A stretch of 64,000 bases of DNA from Octopus vulgaris (lineage: Eukaryota): assembly GCA_951406725.2 (NCBI GenBank), contig OX597841.1, forward strand, positions 20,398,001 to 20,462,000, read 5' to 3'. Numbering within the stretch: the stretch's first letter is position 1; each line of letters opens with the position of its first letter. A program made the translations under genes and the position numbers. Below the pieces are notes generated by a model. That model was not told where the DNA came from. It saw nothing but the letters and a program-made list of their open reading frames with translations, and ran no database searches. Positions 54,060 to 64,000 of the stretch are shown here, one piece after another.

Positions 54060-54530
54060 CTGTGTCCTTCATGTTGTAGAGCAGTGACCAATACTGGTCT
54101 GTCTAGTTGGTAAAGCATCTGGTTGACATGAACACATCTGTTCAACATCCCTAAAGCAATCTGAAAATATGAAGAAAAGACAATTTATAAATATGCTGTA
54201 AAAATCTTTTATAAAGGGTGGATGTCTATTCCTTATGCAGATTCTGACCATCTCTTGTACTTACACCTTAGAACCATCATGGCATCTGATGTGGCTTTTT
54301 AAACCAGACAATGTTTTGAAAAGACACCCACAAAGATTGCACATCCAATTTGGACCACCAAGGGCTGCAGTTAAGTTCTGATCTTTGTGGATCTTAAAAT
54401 GCCTTTTGAAACCTCCGTTACATTTGCAAACCTTCTGGCATACACTGCATTCAAAGGTGTGCACAGACATATAGGCCAAATAGTTGGTGGAGGCTCGTCT
54501 TCTTAATGCTACAAAAATCTTTTTATGTGT
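54060..54530 (-). mobile_element. Fragment encoding two C2H2 fingers, probably the 3' end of a BovB-like RTE
   Basis: CSVCQKVCKCNGGFKRHFKIH and CNLCGCLFKTLSGLKSHIRCH*. Confidence 0.55.
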
Positions 54531-54575
54531 TCTTTCAATTTAATGAATGATGATGTTAAATATCACACACACACA

Positions 54576-54609
<34 letters not shown>

Positions 54610-55875
54610 CACATCACATCATCACAATTTAACATCCAAATTCCATGGTGGCATGGGTTGGACAGTTTGACAGGGTCTGGTGAGTTTTAAGGGTTCCAAT
54701 ATCAGCTTGAGCATGGTTTCTATAACTGGAGGCCCTTTTTAAATCCAATTGCTTTACAAAGTGCACTGGGTGCTTTTTTCTTTTTTTTCATGCAACTGGT
54801 AGTAGTGAGGTAGCAAGTAACGAAGTAAAGAAAGGAACAGAAAGAAATGCATGGAGGGGGAAAGAAAAAGGCCCCTTGACTCAATGGGATGGTGTGGTTA
54901 GAGGAGAAGTGATGGTTCTGTGCCAGGGATTGATAGGCAGGAAATTGATGGAAGAACAAACCCAGATGTCATGCAATAGAGTGGGATGATGTGGGAAGAA
55001 GTGGAGAGCTTCAAAGAAAGCAGATGTAGTGGTGAGGATGCCGGAGCATCTCAAGATATTGAGTGGTTGTAAGAGATGAGGGGGGTGGGGGATAAAGGGG
55101 GAAGTTTTATAAGAGTGTTAGAAGAGATGGATGTTGTGGTCAATGTAGCAAATGATGGTGAGAGATATAGAAGTGGGTCAGAGAAGGAAGCTATAAGTGG
55201 GGCATGATGGTCGATGTGAGAGGGCATTTAGAGTCATATCAGATAGGAGAGGTATTAGGGATGGAGTATGGCAGAGGAGAGCAATGGAGCAAAAAGAAGG
55301 TGATTGGTGAACATGGTGTGGATAGAGATGATATTATAGGGTGTAGAATGATGTGTATAAAAGTGCAGGGTCATTACTAGTTCAAATATGCCTGAGGCAT
55401 GTTTGAACCTGTCAAAAAGTCATTCACTGTATTTTCTCATGGAGAAATGGTGTAAATACATGAAAATCTGCATGGAGCATTGCCTAGCCTGGACAAGGTG
55501 CATTGTGAGCTGACAAGAGAGATTGTCCCTCTTATGATATTCTCATCATTGTACAATGACTGATAGCACCAATCAGTGCCTGACCCTAAACAAATTATGG
55601 GGTGGCAGTGATGGGTATAAATGCAAGGTTTGAATGGAACCCAAGCATATTTGAACAAGTAATAATGTTGCAGAGATGATATTGAGAAACGGAAATGGGT
55701 CATTTGTCTTTATGGATCCCGTATATCTTCTACATATAAATGCTACATTCTCCTTTAACCTTCATGTGATTCAACTGCACTTCTTGTATGTCAATAGTTT
55801 GCATTGAGTACCATATGCGATTCCTCCTATATATAAAAATATATATATGAAAATTACAGAGAGCTACATCTCAAC

Positions 55876-57152
55876 TATGAGGTCATCCAATAAGTTCTGT
55901 CCGAATTTTGAATAAAGAAAACAAGTGATCAAATGTTATATTTAATTGAAATTTAATCATCAATGTACTTTCCCCGATTATCTATGACTTCCCTCCACCT
56001 ATTTACAAGCTTTTTAATCCCATCAACGTAAAACTCTTTTGGTTTCAAAGCAAAGAACTCTGAAATGTCAGTTTTGACTCCTGGCTTACGAAAGTTATGT
56101 CCCCCAAATGATTCTGTAAACTACAAAACAAATAGTAGTCTGAAGGAGCAAGATCGGGAGAATAAGGTGGATGAGGAATTTTTTTACCAACCAAGCTTTT
56201 CGATTTTCTATGATGTAATCTTTGCAGTGGGGGTCACGCATTGTCCTGATGAAACATCACTCCTTTTCAATTCACTAAAGCAGGTCTTTCTTTCTTCAAA
56301 GCTTGGTTCACACGCTCTAATTGCTGACAGTAGATTTGAACATTGATTGTTGCATTAGGTGGTAACAATTCAAAGTGAATTACTCCTTTGCAATCCCACC
56401 AGATAGAGAGGACTTTTTTCCTATGAAGTTCCTTTCTCAGTTGTGATTGAGCTTTTTTCCTTTTACCAAGCCACTGTTTACGATGTTTAACATTTTAATA
56501 GAAGATCCATTTTTCGTTGCAAGTCTATCCAAAACGGGTGAAATGAGTTCAAGAATGGAGAGAAGAGCAGATGTCAACTCTGGATTTGTGGTTGTTTTCA
56601 GACAATTCATGAGGCACCCATTTTCCAAATTTAGGAACCTTTCCAAGTTGTTGAAGACGATGAACAGTTGTATGATTTGAACTAAGCTTTATTGCCAATT
56701 CTTCAATTGATAATGCAGGATTTTCTTCAAGTAATGCCTCAAGGAGCTCATCATCAAACTGAACTGGACGTCCTGTCCGATCTTCATCTTCAAGGCTGAA
56801 ATCTCCACTTCTGAATTTCGCAAACCATCTTCTGCAAGTTCTTTCATTCAAGCATTCTTTCCCATAAACTGAGTGCATGTTTCGAGTCACTTCGGTTGCA
56901 GAATTCCCTTTTTTTGTACTCATAAAGCATTATATGCTTCAAATTCTCTTTGGATACTTCCATGTTAGAAAAGGTTTTAATCAATTAAAAATTTTAATTC
57001 TATTATTCTGTAAAATAATATTTAATTAGTTTAAATGTACACAAATGCATAAAAGTAATTTCTAATTCCATTAGATATTGTAAAAATACTATTAAATTTC
57101 ATTCAATTTTCAAAAAGGTAAAATCGGACAGAACTTATGGGATGACCTGATA
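55876..57152 (-). mobile_element. Full-length decayed mariner transposon (about 1.28 kb)
   Basis: TIRs aggtcatccaataagttctgtccga / tcggacagaacttatgggatgacct; WFAKFRSGDFSLED, WVPHEL, FHQDNA. Confidence 0.93.
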
Positions 57153-57635
57153 TTTCTCAACCATCTAGTGCATGGCACTTTGAGCAAGAACATCTTTACT
57201 TGTTGGATTGGCAATGCTTCATGAGTGAAATTTGAGAAGTGGAGACCGTATAGAAGCTGATCGTGTGTGTGTTTTTCAACCACATACTGCATTGTTGCAG
57301 TCCACTCAGCTGGCAAAAATGAGGAGTACCTACATTTCAAAGGCCCAGCCTTGTCACGCTCTGTGTCATGCTGAATCCTGCTGAGAACTATGTGGTCAAG
57401 CGGTTATGGTCAAGCAATTGACAAACAAATATAAATAAAATAATGTGAAATAAATAAGCATTACATTTCACAAAGTAATCTGAATGCCTTCCTGTGGGGT
57501 GCTCTCAACCACTTTGGCATTAATTTCATGAAGCAGGCTGATCCGGTGATTGGATCAATTGGAACACTCGTCGTCGTAACTGACGGAGTATCTCCTCTAG
57601 TCTGGAATTGATTATCATTATAGAAAAGAAATAAC

Positions 57636-57740
57636 CTTGCTGCAATATTCAAAGTTGAGTTTTTTTTCGAACTGACACGGAGCAACTTCTGCCTTTTTAC
57701 TTCGTGTGTAGCTTCAAAAACCGTTTTCTTCAATGACGTT
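57636..57740 (-). CDS. Candidate exon of host gene (TSLKKTVFEATHEVKRQKLLRVSSKKNSTLNIAA)
   Basis: gatttag acceptor, AAG|gttatt donor, phase 2/2 fits the 52974 exon. Confidence 0.3.
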
Positions 57741-58009
57741 CTAAATCATAATCAATAACTAATGATCCTGGAATTTTCAGACATGCAAAGATAACCTGAT
57801 ATGTGTTCTTGTGTAAATTGATACGATGCGAGAAGTGCTGTAAATGTTTTGTATTATTTTAGCCCCAAGTTCTTAGGAAAGCCTAAGCACGTGCAAGAAA
57901 TGAATTTGATAGAAGGGCCGTAACTCCGTTGAATTTTGGTATCCGATAGAGCTGAATGAGTACCAACTAAGTGTTGAGTTTGGTTGTGGTGGAGGCGGGG
58001 GGGGGGGTC

Positions 58010-58336
58010 TGTGTAATTACTCCTTTGCAATCCCACCAGATAGAGAAAAAAACCTTTTTCCCATGAAGTTCCATTCTCGGTTTTGGTTGAGCTTTTTTTT
58101 TTTCACCAAGCCACTTTTCTTTTTTCTTTTTTCTTTAACTTGTTTCAGTCATTTGACTGCGGCCATGCTGGAGCACCACCTTTAATCGAGCAACTCGACC
58201 CCGGGACTTATTCTTTTGTAAGCCCAGTACTTATTCTATCGGTCTCTTTTGCCAAACCACTAAGTGACGGGGACATAAACACACCAGCATCGGTTGTCAA
58301 GCAATGCTAGGGGGACAAACACAGACAGATAAACAT

Positions 58337-58367
<31 letters not shown>

Positions 58368-59130
58368 CGACGGGCTTCTTTCAGTTTCCGTCTACCAAAT
58401 CCACTCACAAGGCTTTGGTTGGCCCGAGGCTATAGTAGAACCCGGAACCATGTGGTTGGTAAACAAGCTACTTACCACACATCCACTCCACTGTTTACGA
58501 TGTTTAACATTTTGATAGAAGATCCATTTTTTGTCACCAGTCACAAGTCTATCCAAAAAAGGTGAAATGAGTTCACGAGAATGGAGAGAAGAGCAGAGGT
58601 CAACTTGGGATTTGCAGTTGCTTTCGTCCGAAGCACCCCTTTTCCAAGTTTAGGAACCTTTCCAAGATGTTGAAGATGACGATAAACAGTTGTATGGTTT
58701 GAACTAAGCTTTATTGCCAATCCTTCAACTGATAATACAGGATTTTCTTCAAGTGATGCCTCAAGGAGGCATCTCCTTGGCAACTCCACTTCTGAATTTT
58801 GAAAACCATCTTCTACCAGTTCTTTCATTCAAGCATTCTTTCCCATAAACTGAGTGTATGTTTCAAGTCACTTTGGCTGCAGAGTTTCCTTTTTTGTACT
58901 CATAAAGCATTATGTGCCTTAAATGCTCTTTGGATACTTCCATGTTAGAAAGGGTTTTAATCAAAGAAATTTTCATTCTATTATTCTGTAAAATAATATT
59001 TAATTAGTTTAAATGTACACAAATGTATAAAAATAATTTTTAATTCCATTAGATATTGTAAAAATACTATTAAGTTTCATTCAATTTTCAAAAAGGTAAA
59101 ATCGGACAGAACTTATGGGATGACCTGATA
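58010..59130 (-). mobile_element. Second, truncated copy of the same mariner with a SINE inserted at about 58125-58490
   Basis: Colinear with 56370-57152 including the TIR. Confidence 0.88.
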
Positions 59131-59139
59131 ATTAGGTAT

Positions 59140-60380
59140 AGAATTAAACTAAATGAGATGCAGTTTGGTTTTGTTCTTGGAAGAAGTACCACAGATGTCA
59201 TCTTCATAGTGAGACAGTTGCAAGAAAAAGATTTGGCTAAAAGTAAACCATTGTACTTAGCCTTCGTCGGCCTGGAGAAAGCTTTTGACAGGGTTCCCCA
59301 CTCTCATATTTGGTGGTCTCTAAGGAAGCTATGGGTAGAGGAGTGGCTTGTTAGAGTGGTTCAAGCCATGTACAGCGATGCTGTCAGTAAGGTGAGAGTT
59401 GACCTTGAATACAGTTGGAGTACACCAGGGATCAGTTCTTAGTCCACTCTTATTTATCATAGTTCTCCAGGCCAAAAGAGATGAATTCAAAACTGGATGC
59501 TCATAGGAACTACTATATGCTGACGATTTTGCTCTTATTACAGAATCTGAAGCAGAATTGGAGGAGTTCCAGGTTTGGAGGCAAAACCTGGAATCAAAGG
59601 GCCTTAAAGTTAACTTAGCTAAGGCTAAAGTTGTTTGGCTAAAGCTGGCAAATAGCCCTGTTCAAAATGTAGGAAAGGAGTGGGATGTAATTCCATCCGC
59701 TGCACCAAGTATAACCTATGGACGCATAAGAGATGCAGTGGAATCATGGGAAGATTATCAGATAAGGATGCATAGGAACAGTAAGTACTAAGAGTATGAG
59801 GGACTTAAACGCTCTCAAATGCCTAGCAGGCTCTCTTGAGGGAGTAGTTAGTTAGTAATGGTGGTGGATGTTCTGAAAGTATTGTTTCTGGAATAAGAAT
59901 AGGGTGGAGGAAGTTCAAAGAACTACTACCTCTGTTGGCAGCAAAAGGACTCTCTTTCAGAGTGAAAAGTAAGTTGTATGATGATTGTGTGAGAACAGTT
60001 TATGTTACATGGAGGTGAGACATGGGTTCTGACTGCGGAGGATATGCGTAGGCTGGAGAGGAATGAAGGTAGCATGCTCCATTGGATTTGCAACATCAGT
60101 GTGCATGACCGACAAAGCATAAGAGGGATTAAAAGTGGTATGCAGGAGAGGAGACTGCGTTGGTTTGGACATGTGATGCATATGAGTAAAGATAGCTGTA
60201 TACAGAAGTGCTTGTTGCTGAAAGTGGATAGTAACTGTGGATGAGGGAGACCCAGGAAGACATGAGATAAAGTGGTGAGGATTGATCTTAGGATGTTGGG
60301 GCTCATGGAGGAAATGACAATGGACTGAGATGTTTGGCAATATGAAGTCTTTATATAAGACCCATGCATGGAAGTGAGTG
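59140..60380 (+). mobile_element. Older diverged RTE LINE fragment
   Basis: MQFGFVLGRSTTD..EKAFDRVP, LLYADDF, QERRLRWFGHV. Confidence 0.9.
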
Positions 60381-61284
60381 CTAGAAGAGTTGTGCCCCCA
60401 CTCTCATGTTACAACACATTTTTCACCCACTCTACCCTAAGAAATCAAACTACAACCCCTCTTCTAACTGCATCTTTCTCTTCCTCACATTTCCTCTTCA
60501 TAAATTACGATTGTTTTCCAATCCTCTTCCTTGCCCTCACTGCCCCACTCACTGTATTGCTGCTCCCCCCAACCCCCACTCTCCATTTTTCTAACCACGT
60601 TCTATGCTCATATTCTTGTTACTTGTGAGTGTACCCTAGCACTACACCATCTCTCTTCTACTCTCTCTAACACTTTTGCTGTTTCCTACACTCTCTCTCT
60701 CTCTCTGTTTCCCTTTGGTCATTCTCTCTCTCCTTCTCCTGTTTTTCCTTTGATTAGGTAACCAAGTATCACCTTTACATCAGCACACTTGTTTCTGGCC
60801 CCTTTCTGTACCTCTCTTTGTCATACTCTAACTTTCATCCTCTCACACAAATGCCCTGCCCCTCATAATTCCTTGTGAGTTACTTGGTTACCCTGCCATA
60901 TTAAAAGCACCTTAGTCCACACTGGAATTTGGTTGGTGTCTGGAAGGGCATCCAGCTGTAAAAATCTTGCCAAAACCTCTGCTAGTGCTACGTGGAGTGA
61001 TTGGTGCTTGCCGTAAAATCCCTGCCAAACAAATACAATAACCTTGAGTAGATTTTCGACCTGGCCAGCTCCTGTTAATATTCACAGACATACATAATGC
61101 CCTGCATACACAGAGAAACACAGTTACACAAACTGCTTTACACACAGACCCCCCCCCACACACACACACTACTATCAATATAACCATATGGATGATTATG
61201 TTTATACTAGTGTATGTGTGTTTGTGTGTATGTATGTGTTTGTGTGTATGTATGTGTGTTTGTGTGTATGTATCTATATATATA

Positions 61285-61510
61285 CTGAGTTGTCAGAAAA
61301 TTTGTTCTTTTGTTTATTTCCATTTATTTTAATGTTTATTTTTCATCAACAATATTAACAAATCAATTAATAATATATTCTCCTTCGTTGTTCATATTGT
61401 CTTGCTAATGTTGCCCCAGCTTGTCAATTCCTTGATGGTAGAAATCACTGGGTTTTAACCCAAAGAATTCATTAAGCCATGTTTTCAGCTCTTTGTCATT
61501 GTTGAATGTC
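61285..61510 (-). mobile_element. Mariner 3' fragment (different family)
   Basis: TFNNDKELKTWLNEFFGLKPSDFYHQGIDKL. Confidence 0.65.
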
Positions 61511-61658
61511 ATTGTTGGAGAGCAACCAAAAAAGGTAAAAACTGAAGGTAGCCAGAGAATAATGTGGCTGCAGCAGAACTTCATAACTGAGCTCTTCAAT
61601 AACATTATTTACATTATTTACATTTGACGGATATTTGTCCTCATCTTGTTTGTTGTTA

Positions 61659-61702
61659 ACTCAATGTTTCGGCTGATATACCCTCCAGCATTCATCAGGT
61701 GT
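61659..61702 (-). ncRNA. Degenerate minimal hammerhead
   Basis: Minus strand ACAC CTGATGA ATGCTG..CAGCC GAAAC ATT GAGT; lesions in stems I, II and III. Confidence 0.5.
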
Positions 61703-61759
61703 CTTGAGGAAATTTCGAACCTGGGTCCGCATTCCTAAGGTAATTTTCAATGTTGTTGC

Positions 61760-61843
<84 letters not shown>

Positions 61844-62275
61844 TATTATTATTCAGGTCACTGCCTGGAATTGAACTCAGAATCCAAAGCAGTGTACAGA
61901 GAATGAGCACACTGGAGGCCATTGCATAGTATGGGAGCATAGAAATCATGTTTGAATGTAAAATGTATGAATATGACACATAAAAGTACACAGTATGGGA
62001 TACTAAATGTCCGAGTACATGATATGAACACTATATTTCAAAGTACATAATTTGGATCTTCGCATGTGGATGCATAGCATATTAGGAACAATAGATCTGC
62101 ATGCCATAGGTTAGCTGGATATAAGTTGACCATGGGCTAAACTACAACAAATACACAAGTAGTATGAACAGTTGAGATAGTATTTATTCCATTTAATAAA
62201 CCGCTCTGGGTTAGAGTATGCAATAGTTTATTTAGAAAAGTGTATTTGCATGATGAACCTCATGATTGTCTAATC

Positions 62276-62342
<67 letters not shown>

Positions 62343-62646
62343 AGAGTGTGAGAGTGCAGAGAGAACAAGGGTAAGAGAGAGATGGTGGCAATGTGCCAGA
62401 GCATACTCTAAAGGTATAGGGATGAGAATATAAATGGGATGGTAGTGGTAAAGTATATGCCGAGGGTGAACAGGGAGAGAGTTCATGTGAATGCAAAGAG
62501 GGTGAAATCTGGGTATATAGAGGAGCAGGGTAGAACAGGATTGCAATGATGCAGTGAGGACCAGTAACACTTATGTGCCATAAGCTTGCTTGGTCAGAGC
62601 TACACTGGTGCTATTAAGACAATAAATAACAGGAACAAGAACTAAC

Positions 62647-62744
62647 CGTTGCACAATTCTGCTTCTGCATTCTCCGTAAGGCATATCCAGCCATCAGCAA
62701 CAGAAGGGGGAACAAGAAAACGGCAAGGCGTATCGGTAAGGCAC
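62647..62744 (-). CDS. Candidate exon, reading frame ambiguous
   Basis: ctatttttcag acceptor and ACG|gttagt donor; two frames open. Confidence 0.4.
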
Positions 62745-62887
62745 CTGAAAAATAGACATAAGAACAGGGAAAGCACAATGCAAAGATGGTTTCAATTATC
62801 ACTATTATTTTATGCCCCTTCTTCACTATTGGGTGGGGGACGATGCAATGACATCAGGTGCAATGCACAGTGCAGGAAGCCTCATTG

Positions 62888-63080
62888 GGTGATGTAACAT
62901 GCTTCAAAAGTTATAAGATTTACATTCTTTGTATTTTTTTTTTCTTATCACTCACTTCCTGATCACAAATTTCCTCACTTCACACACATTGTGTGAACTA
63001 CTAGCAACACATCACCAGCATCTGACTTGGAACAAAAGTGAAATGTAAAGCTTATAACTTTTGAAGCATGTTATGTCACC
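62888..63080. mobile_element. MITE-like inverted repeat element
   Basis: ggtgatgtaacatgcttcaaaagttataag / cttataacttttgaagcatgttatgtcacc. Confidence 0.7.
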
Positions 63081-63273
63081 TTAAGCTATGTATGGTGCTT
63101 AAGGTGACATGGAGGAAGAAACCCCATACATAATTAAATGTATGCTCCTTGAACAACCAAGGGTTATATATATATGGTCCACTTCGAATAAAATTAAATC
63201 TAGAGTATCTCAACATATGTATTCTTTTAGGAAAAAAATCTAATAAATTCAAGAGGTCTCAGTAAATATATTT

Positions 63274-63346
63274 GGTTCCGTAGTGTAGTGGTTATCACAC
63301 TTGCTTCACACGCGAGAGGCCCTGGGTTTGATCCCCAGCGGAACCA
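63274..63346 (+). tRNA. tRNA-Val(CAC), possibly a pseudogene
   Basis: Cloverleaf: GGTTCCG/CGGAACC, CTTGC-TTCACAC-GCGAG, CTGGG-TTTGATC-CCCAG; T-loop C56 is T; no T4 terminator directly after. Confidence 0.8.
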
Positions 63347-63356
63347 GTGGTTTAAT

Positions 63357-63780
63357 AGGCACAGGAGTGGCTGTGAGGTAAGTAGCTTGTTTACCAACCA
63401 CATGGTTCCGGGTTCAGTCCCACTGCGTGGCACCTTGGGCAAGTGTCTTCTACTATAGCCCCGGGCCGACCAAAGCCTTGTGAGTGGATTTGGTAGACGG
63501 AAACTGAAAAGAAGCCTGTCGTATATATGTATATATATATATATATACATGCGTGTGTGTGTTTGTGTGTCTGTGTTTGTCCCCTTAGCATTGCTTGACA
63601 ACCGATGCTGGTGTGTTTATGTCCCCGTTACTTAGCGGTTTGGCAAAAGAGACCGATAGAATAAGTACTGAGCTTACAAAGGAATAAGTCCCGGGGTCGA
63701 GTTGCTCGATTAAAAGGCAATGCTCCAGCATGGCCGCAGTCAAATGACTGAAACAAGTAAAAGAGTAAAAGAGTAAAGAG
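63357..63780 (+). mobile_element. Full-length tRNA-derived SINE with internal microsatellite
   Basis: tggctgtgaggtaag, gggttcagtccc, ccttgggcaagt, tail (gtaaaaga)n; further copies at 48083-48245, 58125-58490. Confidence 0.9.
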
Positions 63781-64000
63781 AGATCTATTAAATATAAATT
63801 AACTTGGGGGGGTTATTTGTAGGGCTAAATCATATTGTATAGGGAGTAATTATTGTTCACTGTGTAATAATGAATTTAAAGAAATATTATTTAATAACAA
63901 TTATGGTGTTGGTAAACTCATTGGAGGAACGTAAAATTAAACGTAAACATAAATTAAATTACCTATATAATAGGTGTAGCTAATAAATAAATGATTATAT

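Noticed and set aside
56246-56255. CTGATGAAAC motif
   Set aside because: Antisense of mariner FHQDNA codons; no stems
61695-61991. Poly-Asn ORF
   Set aside because: (ATT)n microsatellite tail of a repeat

Overview
AT-rich, repeat-saturated animal genomic DNA. The SINE, RTE and microsatellite repertoire strongly suggests an octopus; this is an inference, no search was run. Most ORFs in the supplied track are microsatellite artefacts. Real content: many RTE-clade LINE copies (one near full length, with a C4HC3 PHD-type finger inside the RT region), a BovB-like RTE, decayed Tc1, mariner and hAT transposons, tRNA-derived SINEs, an SLC25A3-like processed pseudogene, a tRNA-Val(CAC)-like gene, an interstitial TTAGGG cassette, and the 3' exons of an unidentified minus-strand host gene. 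The main unexpected signal is about 25 minimal type-I hammerhead ribozyme (HHR) motifs from many unrelated short non-coding repeat families, about 12 with intact cores. They include canonical C3-G8 cores and compensated U3-A8 and G3-C8 cores, most have palindromic stem III, and they sit next to (TA)n tracts, often as head-to-head inverted duplications. Two junctions map to predicted cleavage sites, and a Penelope-type GIY-YIG remnant is present. This fits a Penelope-driven, retrozyme-like system. All structures were read by eye and repeat boundaries are approximate.
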